Shown: piece by piece, positions 1-9,443 of the stretch | Layout: every line of letters begins with the position of its first letter | Position numbering within the stretch: position 1 is the first letter of the stretch | NCBI GenBank assembly: GCA_965220935.1 | Contig: OZ244857.1 | Location: 3,047,998 to 3,111,997, forward strand | Reading direction: 5' to 3' | DNA: 64,000 nt | DNA from: Rhodothermales bacterium | GTDB taxonomy: Bacteria; Bacteroidota; Rhodothermia; Rhodothermales; Bin80 | Program-made: the position numbers and the translations under genes | Notes under the pieces: generated by a model | What the model was told of the DNA's origin: nothing | Seen by the model: the letters and a program-made list of their open reading frames with translations, nothing else | The model's database searches: none

Positions 1-171
1 CTGCCCTAAGGTTAGAAAATCTATGTCTGAGGTCATACGGCCTAAAAGAGCATCTCTAACAAATCCTCCGACGGCATAGGTTTCAATTTTCTGCTCTTTC
101 GCTTCAGCCTCAATGCCTCTGAGCAACGGGTACTGAGGAGATGATCGTAATAGTTCGTGTAGGTCATTCAT
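1..171 (-). CDS. tRNA nucleotidyltransferase / poly(A) polymerase family protein, first 57 codons only (gene continues past the left edge)
   Basis: My own minus-strand translation from the ATG at 171-169 gives MNDLHELLRSSPQYPLLRGIEAEAKEQKIETYAVGGFVRDALLGRMTSDIDFLTLGQ. GGFVRDxLLGR followed by DxD is the PolyA_pol head-domain signature. It is absent from the ORF track because there is no stop codon in the window. Confidence 0.6.
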   Translation of the reverse strand, partial: MNDLHELLRSSPQYPLLRGIEAEAKEQKIETYAVGGFVRDALLGRMTSDIDFLTLGQ

Positions 172-297
172 TGGCTCAGGTGCAAAAGTGTATCACAACT
201 GCGATTGAACGCTCAAATCATCCAAAATGACCGTAGAGATGCATTGATCCATAATATTCATGACGGAGCGATTTGATCTGAGAATTGATCATTTCTC

Positions 298-700
298 ATG
301 TTAACCCTTTAAACCTAAGGTTCTATCGTAATCTTTGTGGATGCAGGTCTAACCCACCGCAGAAGAAGAGAATGGCAATACTGCAAGTTGGCAAATTTTC
401 TTAACCTCTTGCAATGATCTTGAATTGTTCCATTCATGAGCTTGACCATGGCATTAGACTGCGGATGACAAAGCGGTTATACACGCCATTAAAATGTTCT
501 CTGAACATTGTGGCCACCTTGATCATACCTAATACACGCTTAATCCAGGGGTCTAAATTCTTTTCTGCCTCCGCATAGGGTTGACAATTAAAGATGGCTT
601 TGAAATCTTCATCTAATCGCCAGAAAACACTGAACTTCTACGTTGACTTTTTGGGCCATTTTTAAGATCTGAGAATTGGTTGATAGCATTTATTTACACT
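298..700 (-). pseudogene. ISL3-family transposase, 3' remnant broken by stops and frameshifts
   Basis: The minus-strand translation reads WRLDEDFKAIFN..REHFNGVYNRF..ARG*ENL..IAILFFCGGLDLHPQ. It has the same C-terminal signature as the ISL3 copy at 56368-56874 (RARGFRNPERLKNAIYFYLGGLDLYPE). Confidence 0.5.
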
Positions 701-735
701 TGGAAGAAAGCAAGGATACCACTGATCTGAAATAG

Positions 736-801
736 GAGCTTGACTTCCTTGTTTATGAACTTTACGATTTGGGGTCAGGAGAGATTTCTTTCTTGGAAGC
801 T
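736..801 (+). pseudogene. Short fragment resembling the extreme C-terminus of an Eco57I/TaqI-type N6-adenine methylase or type IIG enzyme
   Basis: The plus-strand translation is ELDFLVYELYDLGSGEISFLEA. This matches the xLVYELYGLTEEEIxxVE ending that I recall for that family. It has no start codon and no upstream body. Confidence 0.25.
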
Positions 802-1075
802 TGTATTAATCGAACTCAATATAGCGTACGCGCCAACTTGCTATTTCCCTCAACTTCTTGAAGTTTAGTCGCACCCTAAAATTCTCAGCACGTTTTGGAG
901 AATGCCTACCAGATCCCCAAATAGTCACATCTGGTGAGGGGTTGTAGCCTCCTGCAATTCCCCATTCGCAATACAAGAAGCAATGATTTTTCTTAAATCA
1001 TATCCGCCTCGGGCCTGTCTTGATATACATACTTAGCGATAATTGTGACGACTATTAATTCGAGGTTATTTCTAG

Positions 1076-1462
1076 TCATTGTGCATAATAACTTCCCCTG
1101 CTCATCAACCATTTGCCTTTATGAACACAATATCTTACGCGCATTGACGTTTGGGACATTTGAATTGTAGCAGAAGTATTTCCCTTTTCGGCTTTAGCAT
1201 CAAGCATTAATGCCACGGGCTGTGGATGGGGAAGAAAAACATAAATTGTCTTCTTGTAGTCCACTTTCCCATAGAGCCGTTCCCGTATGCCAGACAACCC
1301 CATCTCTTCAATAGCCTCACGCATGACATCCTGAGCAATATCACTCGGTAAATCTTGCTCTTCACGAAAGATCATAACGGATTCTTGGAGATAATTTGTT
1401 ATGGCCTGCACGACTATTTCAAATGTCGTGCGTTCTATGATCTCCAATTCATCAAGCGTCAT
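1076..1462 (-). CDS. Hypothetical protein, candidate truncated PD-(D/E)XK restriction endonuclease cognate to the adjacent methyltransferase
   Basis: I trimmed track ORF 1076..1588 to Met43 (1462), so it overlaps the MTase stop by only 11 nt. It contains GKVDYKK...ALMLDAKAEKG, a possible D...DxK pattern. At 128 aa it is short, and the downstream DNA (700-1075) is debris. Confidence 0.35.
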   Translation of the reverse strand: MTLDELEIIERTTFEIVVQAITNYLQESVMIFREEQDLPSDIAQDVMREAIEEMGLSGIRERLYGKVDYKKTIYVFLPHPQPVALMLDAKAEKGNTSATIQMSQTSMRVRYCVHKGKWLMSRGSYYAQ

Positions 1463-2450
1463 CAGTTCGGAGTCTTGCCATTTCAACGTATTCAGGGATC
1501 CTATCAATACCAAGCCATTTACGTCCCATTTTCTTGGCGACACATGTCGTTGTACCACTGCCAACAAAAGGATCAAGTACAAGCCCACCCCTTGGGGAAA
1601 ATAATTTGATGACTCTCCGTGCTAATTCTTCTGGAAACTCTGCCTCATGTCGTCCATTTTTTCGTACAGAACGTATGTGCCAAACCCCTCTGGATCCCCA
1701 ATCTGCCCATTCCTGTTTTTCCAAACGTGCCCTATCGTATTGGACAACACCTGGATGCCAAAAAATGTAGATATGCTCAAACTCGTCAACAGCACGGTAG
1801 CTATTAGAATGCCATTGACTATTTTGCCATGTAGGATCTTTGTGCCAAATTCGTTGATCATAGAGATACAATCCTGACATTTCAGCCCAATCAACAACCA
1901 TGCATCCAGTAAGCTTTACCTTTGTTGATGAACATTGTTTGCCTCCACGAACATTGTTACCTTCTAGCCTGCGCTGAACGGTCTGCTCGCTACAACCCAA
2001 TAACTCGGCCAACTGATACCGATTGGCATCTGGATATTGTAGACGCATGGAAAGCACTTTTTCAATCGTGACGCGATTCCTCTTGCCCCTCACATTTTCG
2101 GCTTGAAAACGCGGCATATCAGGATCGGAAAAACAGAGAATATCACCGATATTTACAGCCAGAAACCCTCCAGGTTTTAACACCCGTGCATGCTCATCAA
2201 TGACAGATCTGATCAGAGATTGCCAATCCTTAAACTCAAGGTTACGTTCGTATGATTTCCCCACGAAGTAGGGTGGAGACCAAAGTGATAAGTCCACCGA
2301 CTTTGCGGGGATCGTTTTCATAATCTTTCGCGAATCGCCCAGCAAAATTTTTTTTCCATTGAGCCTCTTGTGCTTAGTGATGGACATTCTATCACGGACT
2401 GCTGTTTGCTCAAGCGAGATACGAGCCTGTTCAATCCGAGGTATTTTCAT
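1452..2450 (-). CDS. Beta-class N4-cytosine/N6-adenine DNA methyltransferase (N4/N6 MTase family) with an internal HTH-like insert
   Basis: Motif IV (LWSPPYFVG) lies near the N-terminus and motif I (LDPFVGSGTTTCVAKKMGRKWLGID) near the C-terminus. The IV-before-I order indicates beta class. The HTH-like segment is NRYQLAELLGCSEQTVQRRL. Confidence 0.85.
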   Translation of the reverse strand: MKIPRIEQARISLEQTAVRDRMSITKHKRLNGKKILLGDSRKIMKTIPAKSVDLSLWSPPYFVGKSYERNLEFKDWQSLIRSVIDEHARVLKPGGFLAVNIGDILCFSDPDMPRFQAENVRGKRNRVTIEKVLSMRLQYPDANRYQLAELLGCSEQTVQRRLEGNNVRGGKQCSSTKVKLTGCMVVDWAEMSGLYLYDQRIWHKDPTWQNSQWHSNSYRAVDEFEHIYIFWHPGVVQYDRARLEKQEWADWGSRGVWHIRSVRKNGRHEAEFPEELARRVIKLFSPRGGLVLDPFVGSGTTTCVAKKMGRKWLGIDRIPEYVEMARLRTDDA

Positions 2451-3234
2451 AGAATCTAGTTCAGCTTAGCATTAAGCCAAATGGATCCTATCTCTCTATT
2501 AAATAATCTTTTTTTGATTGGCTTTATCCGATCAATTCTACTCATGTAGGGATCTGCGATTAATTTACAGACTTGGTTCTGTAAGTGCCTATCAATCAGC
2601 ATTTGATGGTAGGTGCGTAGAAGCATGCTTCAAAAATAGCCAAAATGATTCCATTCCAGTGATATGCCCCTGATAGTGGAATGCTACAAATATACGACAA
2701 CAATGAACATCCTGTTCTGGAGAAATGAACGATTAATATCAACTTGCATCCATGAATTTTTGATTAGTTCAATGACGAATCGTGTGGGTAGAGGTCCAGA
2801 CCATCAGAAAAAAAGAGGATCGCAACTCTGAAATTTTCAATCCCAATCGTTTTGATCTCTTTGATCATTTACATTGGACTGTGGATCATATATGCGTTGT
2901 AGACTTGAACCATAAACGTCTCTACTGGATTTAGGCCTCACATCTATTCCCATATCAGTCATAGACCAGTAAAAATCTTAATTAGCGAGTGAGGCAACAA
3001 GGGTTCTAAGAATATACAGTGCATGACAAAGTAATCCTATGAAACCAAGATTATCAATTCCATACAAATCGTGGTAGAACCATCACTAATTCAGCTACAT
3101 GAAAAAGGACGATGAATCAATCACAACCGCTACCCGCTTCATCATAGAAATCTGTGACCTGCCACTTAAATCAAGTCAAATAATGGTGAGGTAGTACTAC
3201 ATGCGATACTCTTTCAAGAGGAATGTGCCGGAGA

Positions 3235-5880
3235 TTAATTACCTGCGACCACCAGAGAGCGCGTGTAGGTATGTGGTTGTTGTGATCCATCTAGTTGAAG
3301 TCGAAGCACATAAACACCTGGAGCGAGATCTGGTGTTAATGCTAACTCGTGAAGCCCCGCACTGTAAGATGCCTCTGGAGCCGCATATACCTGTCGTCCC
3401 AGAACATCATAGAGCATCACAGATACCGTGACAGGCTCCACGGCAGAAAATGAAATGTTTACAGTCTCAACAAATGGATTGGGATAGGTGGAAAGAAGTG
3501 CAGATTCAATGATGGTTGGGTCATTATCTACATTGACTGGCGACGCTTTTTTGAATGTCATTCGATTGATATTGACCTCTCTGTCCGTAAAGGTCATGCG
3601 TAGCACTTTTTCAGTACCGGCGGTCAACATAGGCGTTTGAATCTGCCGGGTCACCCAATTCTGCCATCCGCCGGTGTTACCGACTTCAGCCTCTCCTAAG
3701 CTCTGATCGTCAATCTTGAATCGTACATCTGGACCTTCACGCTGTCCGCCGGTCGCACTTGCCCCACGTATATCAATCGTGTAATACCCATCCTCTAAGA
3801 TATCTAGTGTGTATTCTATCCATTCAAACCGCTCGGTCCATCCAACATTGTATTCAAAGCCTTCTAGGCCCGTGGAGGGTTGAATATCTACTCCATCATT
3901 ACGATAAGACCTGCCGCTGTTACCGCCACCTGGTGAACCGGTCACTGCCCAGTGATCAGAATCGTTGTATGCGATGTTTTGATTACCCAGATCATAGTCG
4001 GCTGCATTGATGATGCCAGGAATTGTATGCTGCTTGAATGGCTTTTTCTTTGTCCCAAACTCTGGGTCAAAGATTGACGCAAGCAGGCCGCGATTGACAT
4101 GAGAGGAATCCAATTCCAAATTATTGGCCATCGCTAGCAATGCCGATGTAGCGGCCGCAACCGACGGCCGTGGACCTTCATTACGCCAGTATTGAATTAC
4201 TTCTTCATAACCTGGGGCAAATGGGGAACTTAATGGACTCGTGGTCGTCTCAATTTTTTTATGCGTCCACCAATTAATTCCAATGTTATGCTCATCGGCT
4301 AATTTTGTCAATGCATAAAACCATGAATTGGAGTTCTCCCCCGTCTCGCCCAAATAGAGTGGCACTTTATCCTCAGATCTAAGCGTGAGTAGATAGTTGA
4401 TTGCCCCTTGATCAGCCCCCTTCCAGTAGTGGTGAAATGTATAAACAATATTGTCTTTACTTTTTGGGATTGCCCTGAGATGCTCATCAAATGAAGTCGC
4501 CCAAAAATTGCCCTCAATAAAGAACAAATGATGTGGAGAGATGGGCTGGACAGCATTAATGATCTGAGCATAGAGCTTCGCTAAATCTGATGCGATTTCA
4601 TCTGGCACTACAGGTTCATTAATGAGGTCATATCCAATGATGGTCGGATCATCGTTGTAACGCCGGGCGATTTCGCGCCAAATCTTGATGGTCTGTGGCC
4701 AGTACTTTTCAGGTTCTGTCCAGAGTCGAGCCTCTCCATCGCTGTCCGCAATTCCTCCTTTGCTCTGTGCTCCTGGGGCAGCATGCATGTCCAGAAGAAC
4801 CGTCAACTCATACATTCTACACCAGTCTAAAAATGTATCAAGTAATTGAAAGCCTTCCTCATCCCAGGTATCCATTTCTGGGTTATAGAATAGTCGGTAA
4901 TGAAAGGGGAGGCGAATGTGATCAAATCCCCATTCCTTGATTGCAGCGATATCTTTCTGTTGCACAAACTTTTCCCTGAACACTTTGAAAAATTGATCTG
5001 TATTGATTTCGCCAATCAGGTCAATCATTTGATTTCGAATTCCAGTAGGGCCGTCGGTTTCTCCTTCTGGAACTGAAATATGAAGCATGTATCCTTCGGG
5101 GAGTAGCCATCCACCAAGTCCAATCCCCTTGAGTGCGACTGGATTTCCAGTTGGGTCAACAATTTCCGTTTCTTGGACAGCAAAGAAATTATCCGCAGGA
5201 AGGTCCACTGATTTCAATTCAAATCGAAACGTCCCCACCGATTTGAGAGTGCCATTAACCAAAAACGGAGGTTCGTTGATCCGTCGGATGTGTTCCCTGG
5301 GGACAGTGGCATCATTGGCAGAGGTATAGTCAGTGCCGCTATCAGTACCGGCATCATACACAAACAGTTCTACTTCAAGCGAGTCAATCCAGTTATTGTG
5401 CTCATCCAATAAACTCATATCACGAACTCCCACAAACCAGTCTGGACTGGGTGCAATCATTGATGTCACTGTGACAAGATTCCATGGGGGACGAATTGTA
5501 AATTCTGTCCGCGCTAATCCTGGAGAGGTGCCAATGCCGCGTCCATCAATCACTTGGTCGGCATTGGATGCATCTTTGGCGCGCATAATCTCACTACGGA
5601 GGGGCCCCTTACTTCCTAGTTCAGCCATTGATTTAATCCCATCACTTGCAGTTTCACCAGGGGCCCAAATTTTAACTTGATCATTATGGGTGCCTCCAAT
5701 CATCCCAGAGAAATGGGGATTTGAGGGAAACCCATCAGGGTGTGTTTCCGCACTCCACGTCGTAGTGAATGTGAGTTGATAGGTGGCAGTGCCCTGCGCC
5801 ATCACCTGTGAAAGGGGCAATAGATTTGCTAAAGTGCACCAGCCCAAATATTTCAGAAGAGATGACAACATATTCATCAA
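3235..5880 (-). CDS. Secreted multidomain glycoside hydrolase: spondin_N-like + GH5 + CBM6-like + T9SS C-terminal sorting domain
   Basis: The protein has a signal peptide and a spondin_N-like block (TYQLTFTTTWSAETHPDGFPSNPHFSGMIGGTHN). The GH5 core shows IRLPF, the acid/base DLINEP and the nucleophile LGETGE. A CBM6-like block follows (INAADYDLGNQNIAYNDSD...GGWQNW). The tail STYPNPFVETVNISFS... is T9SS-type. Confidence 0.85.
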   Translation of the reverse strand: MMNMLSSLLKYLGWCTLANLLPLSQVMAQGTATYQLTFTTTWSAETHPDGFPSNPHFSGMIGGTHNDQVKIWAPGETASDGIKSMAELGSKGPLRSEIMRAKDASNADQVIDGRGIGTSPGLARTEFTIRPPWNLVTVTSMIAPSPDWFVGVRDMSLLDEHNNWIDSLEVELFVYDAGTDSGTDYTSANDATVPREHIRRINEPPFLVNGTLKSVGTFRFELKSVDLPADNFFAVQETEIVDPTGNPVALKGIGLGGWLLPEGYMLHISVPEGETDGPTGIRNQMIDLIGEINTDQFFKVFREKFVQQKDIAAIKEWGFDHIRLPFHYRLFYNPEMDTWDEEGFQLLDTFLDWCRMYELTVLLDMHAAPGAQSKGGIADSDGEARLWTEPEKYWPQTIKIWREIARRYNDDPTIIGYDLINEPVVPDEIASDLAKLYAQIINAVQPISPHHLFFIEGNFWATSFDEHLRAIPKSKDNIVYTFHHYWKGADQGAINYLLTLRSEDKVPLYLGETGENSNSWFYALTKLADEHNIGINWWTHKKIETTTSPLSSPFAPGYEEVIQYWRNEGPRPSVAAATSALLAMANNLELDSSHVNRGLLASIFDPEFGTKKKPFKQHTIPGIINAADYDLGNQNIAYNDSDHWAVTGSPGGGNSGRSYRNDGVDIQPSTGLEGFEYNVGWTERFEWIEYTLDILEDGYYTIDIRGASATGGQREGPDVRFKIDDQSLGEAEVGNTGGWQNWVTRQIQTPMLTAGTEKVLRMTFTDREVNINRMTFKKASPVNVDNDPTIIESALLSTYPNPFVETVNISFSAVEPVTVSVMLYDVLGRQVYAAPEASYSAGLHELALTPDLAPGVYVLRLQLDGSQQPHTYTRSLVVAGN

Positions 5881-6128
5881 ACAAATTCAATGTACTACAA
5901 ATATAACGATTTTTACGTTTTGACTGTATCAAAATCTCAAGTGAGAAAAAATCTGAAACAAGCATTAGCAAATAAAAATCACATGGTTGAAATTCTTACC
6001 TCAATACGAATATTTGTAACAAATTATACAGATCATTCTGTCAAGCATCTATACCCCGCGCAGATTAAATTTTCAATCAGTATGCGTCTAAGACTGATCG
6101 CACATAATTCCCTAAAATAAACTATAGT

Positions 6129-7867
6129 TAGTGCCTGACAAAAAACCCCTACTTTGGGGTGTCACAATTTTTTGCGGGGCTTAATATACGAATTTTTTAT
6201 TAACTGCTAGGCAGACTCACCGATTTTAGTCGCGAAATTTTTGATCTGTTTCACCGATCTGTACACCTCACCTATATTTGATCCAAATTCAGTGTATAGG
6301 CCACCGATTTTGCCTAAAATCTCTGCCGCACGGACGCACCTTTCCCACCTCCAATGGTGGAGTAATTTTTTTGTGACTCAGACTTTTACGCCGCTTGGCG
6401 AAACGACTCTCGGTGTCGGGCCATTAACACCTTCCCGATTCTGCACAAATTCGTGGCGACCACACTTGCACCGATGCTTCGCGCAAACCCCGCCTTACCT
6501 CCTTTGGTGCGAATACGCGCACCACCATGCTGAAGTTGATACAGGACTCAATCTGCGCATGCTGCCGACGTTTTCGCGCTCTATCTTGTTCTTATAGCCC
6601 TTTTTGGGAAGAATGACCTCTATACCCATAGCGCTTAATGCCTCAAAATTCTGAGGCGATCAAAACTCATGGATCCAAGGTTTTTAAACTCTGTCCTATA
6701 CATTGGTGGCGATCTCAATGGTCATATCTACATCTGATTGCGTCCATATGATCTCCCATCCCAGAATCAAACCATGTTGACACTCGCGACAGGAACCCCC
6801 AATTCTACCTGATTGGGCATGGCCTTCCCCTTGATAATCCAACGCGTATGCTCGGCGATAATAACTTCTCTACATTGGGAATCTTTTCTCCCTCTATCAC
6901 ATGAACCAAATCTACCAACCGATTGAACTGCTCAATCGCCTTTTCTAATGGCGCAATCCGACTTGAACTTCAGTCTACACTTCTGAATCCGATAGTAACA
7001 AATCAAGGCTAAGACCAGCTCTGGATTCGTCTCACGCTTTTTGGTGGTGTTGATCTCCAAATAGGCATTGTTAATCGTTATGATCAAATGCTTTAACTGA
7101 CGCCAGTGTCGTACGCCCCCAAATTAAAGATCTTCCAGGCCCAATCTGCATAGCCAGGATGATCGAATCACGTAACAACCGAACATCATGACGAATCCGT
7201 CCGCGAGCATCGGACGCAACCCCAAAGACCTCTAACCCATCATCCGATTGAGATCCGCCCAAACCTCTTCTGTGATCAAACTCACATTAGTAACGATCGT
7301 CTCCATACGATACAAAGACTCACGGTTGAATTCAGTGGCATCATGTTGTAACAAGATGCGGATATCGCTGTGTTTATTGGCCAGTTCTGTCAAAGTCGCA
7401 ATCCAATCCGTACTTCAATACCGCGAGTACGAAGATGCGCCAGTCATTTAGCCCAGGTCGCCCCACGCTCTGATCCGTGCCCTCTCCAATTACCTTCTGG
7501 AGGTAGGTTACAATCTGATCCCGAAGATCACAATTCATCCAGATGGACTGCAATGCTAAGATCATTCGGGGAATATCGTCTCTGGAATTAGGATCTACGA
7601 AAAGATCCTCAATTGCGTTCATCCCCAGTATCGGGGCAAAATTAATTTGTGTTCGGATTGTTAAATGATGGTGAAGATTTTTTGAATCCTGTGGATAGTC
7701 TGCCCACAAACCCTTACTTTACCGATGATATCACCCAATCAAAAGAAAGTTTCGAATTTTGGACCCCATCAAACAGACACTACGACGCCAAATACCATAA
7801 AAATATGAACGTTCAATCCCTAATATTTTCCAAATTCTGCCGTGTCTATGTTTTTTAGCAGGCACTA
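6129..7867 (-). mobile_element. ISNCY-like insertion sequence, copy 1, with a multiply frameshifted transposase
   Basis: The terminal IRs are TAGTGCCTGACAAAAAAC (6129-) and, as revcomp at 7867, TAGTGCCTGCTAAAAAAC. Transposase pieces include IEDLFVDPNSRDDIPRMILALQSIW..GRPGLNDWRIFVLAVLKYGLDCDFD (track ORF 7374..7709) and GEKIP..HTRWI.KGKA further down. The pattern matches ISNCY-family transposases as I remember them. I found no flanking TSD. Confidence 0.55.
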
Positions 7868-7946
7868 GATACGATTGATCTATAGAATTCGGAACCATTG
7901 AAGCCTGAATTGTGTCCAATGATCTAAAGGACAATATGTTCTCGTC

Positions 7947-9119
7947 ATGACTGATGCCTCTCAAGTACCTGATTATGTTGCTGACCGTGGACCTGCCAGA
8001 TATTTTCACGGGCGAAAACATATTATAGGTAATTTTGACAAACTTATTGATAACTCCTTGAAAATAAAACAGGGGACAACCTTTTTGATCCAGGGGGCTC
8101 CTGGTGCGGGCAAAACGGCGTTATTGGAGGAAATGGCCTTAGATGCTATGGAAAAACGTTGGGATGTCATTGAGATTGATTTGGATGACTTGTACAATCC
8201 CATCCATATGGCACAAACTCTTGGTAAATCCTACGTCGCTCGCAAACAGAAAGCCACGAAAGTAGATTCCACAGTGTTATCAAGAGAGCACATCAAAGAA
8301 GTTGCGGGAGATTCAAGCGTGTTCCAGATACTTGAAAAGATCAACCCCAGACGGGGTTTGATTTTAATTCTTGACGAGTCTCAACGTGTGGCCTATTTCT
8401 CCGACGTCCCAGACAAGAAAATTCACGCGACAACGACCTTGAATAAGATCCATAATGGAAAACTCACCCATCCTATCATTCTTCTGGCGGCGGGGCTGGG
8501 GCAGACAGAAGAGGCCTTCCGCTTGCTAGGAATTTCTAGATTCAAGGGAGGATGCTTTGTAGAGTTGGGAGCATTGGATAAAAAGTCTGAGCATGCGGTC
8601 ATTCAGGACTGGCTTGTCAAAGATGGAGGTGCCAAGGGAAATCCTCAGGAGTGGGTTGATGCCATTGCCCAAAAAACACATGGATGGCCTCAGCATATTA
8701 TCGCCTATGGAGACGCCGCTGCCAAACAGATCCAGAATGACCAAGGATCAATGACCCCAGAGGGGTTGGATGTCGTGTGCAAACTGGGGGCAGCGAGACG
8801 GGATGCATATTACAAACAACGTGTAAAAGGAATCAGCGGAATAGAGCGTTCAGGTTTGGCAAAAATGATCCAAAATGTTGCATCTGAAAGAGGGCTTTAC
8901 AGGGAAGAGATTGAAGAGTTTTTATCGCGAGAGTATAACGACCCCGACAAAGCGAAGGGTTTGTTCAAGAAAGCAGTGGAGCGCGGAATTCTGCACAGTC
9001 AAGATGAACTCTACAGCATCCCGATTCCATCTATGCGTACATGGCTGATTTCGAATTATTTCCGTGAGCAAATAAACCATCCACCATCACATGAGCGGAG
9101 TTCCGAAATTGGATCATGA
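7947..9119 (+). CDS. AAA+/STAND-like ATP-binding protein (AAA_16 / Orc1-Cdc6-like), orphan
   Basis: It has Walker A GAPGAGKTALL, Walker B LILILDESQ and an N-terminal YFHGRKHIIGNFDKL (F.GR..E.. type). The C-terminal part is helical and wHTH-like. Confidence 0.6.
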   Translation: MTDASQVPDYVADRGPARYFHGRKHIIGNFDKLIDNSLKIKQGTTFLIQGAPGAGKTALLEEMALDAMEKRWDVIEIDLDDLYNPIHMAQTLGKSYVARKQKATKVDSTVLSREHIKEVAGDSSVFQILEKINPRRGLILILDESQRVAYFSDVPDKKIHATTTLNKIHNGKLTHPIILLAAGLGQTEEAFRLLGISRFKGGCFVELGALDKKSEHAVIQDWLVKDGGAKGNPQEWVDAIAQKTHGWPQHIIAYGDAAAKQIQNDQGSMTPEGLDVVCKLGAARRDAYYKQRVKGISGIERSGLAKMIQNVASERGLYREEIEEFLSREYNDPDKAKGLFKKAVERGILHSQDELYSIPIPSMRTWLISNYFREQINHPPSHERSSEIGS

Positions 9120-9284
9120 GAACGCTGACAATCTGCTTTTCATGATCCTCAGAGGTGTAAAAACTCTCACAAGTCAACGATCGCTTAAAAAGGTACTCCC
9201 CCCCAATCCTTCATTTTTGCTAAAATGCGTCTGATTTATGTATAACTCCTCTATGGCGATTTGTGATTGCGTTTAGCGGTTTAT

Positions 9285-9400
9285 GGCTTGCATGTACATG
9301 CGCCTGAAAAATTTCATACATTTTCGCATTGCCATTCTCTTCTTCTGCGGCGGGTTGCCTGCATCCACAAAAACCACGATAGACCTTAAGATAGGGTTAA
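9285..9400 (+). pseudogene. ISL3-family transposase, extreme 3' remnant
   Basis: The plus-strand translation is RLKNFIHFRIAILFFCGGLPASTKT. The nucleotide sequence is the inverted counterpart of 298-378. Confidence 0.45.
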
Positions 9401-9443
9401 CTTCTGCGATTGGGAATTGTCACGGTCTAACGCATGAAAACCC

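Noticed and set aside
1076-1588. The long form of track ORF (170 aa) overlapping the MTase by 137 nt.
   Set aside because: Its first 42 codons are the antisense-shifted frame of the MTase 3' end. Met43 (1462) gives the typical short overlap.
2451-3234. A 780-bp ORF-free, AT-rich stretch considered as an ncRNA or decayed gene.
   Set aside because: I could see no conserved RNA motif or tRNA-like structure. Apart from the 56-aa frame mentioned in the findings, translations are full of stops.
1355-5680. Numerous track ORFs of 60-115 aa on the strand opposite or in alternate frames of the MTase and GH5 genes. Analogous shadow ORFs occur throughout the window (for example inside the permeases, the adhesin, the usher-like gene and ppiD).
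   Set aside because: They are fully nested in longer, motif-supported ORFs. These are typical shadow frames.
6241-6597. A 118-aa plus-strand ORF, and other short ORFs inside the IS copies (7071..7262, 7248..7451, 7370..7591, 7649..7858, 7731..8021).
   Set aside because: They are antisense or alternate frames of the degraded ISNCY-like transposase, with no independent support.
6115-7885. A target-site duplication for ISNCY-like copy 1 (ctatag occurs near both ends).
   Set aside because: The two ctatag hexamers are not equidistant from the IRs: one is adjacent and the other is 12 nt away. No TSD is claimed.
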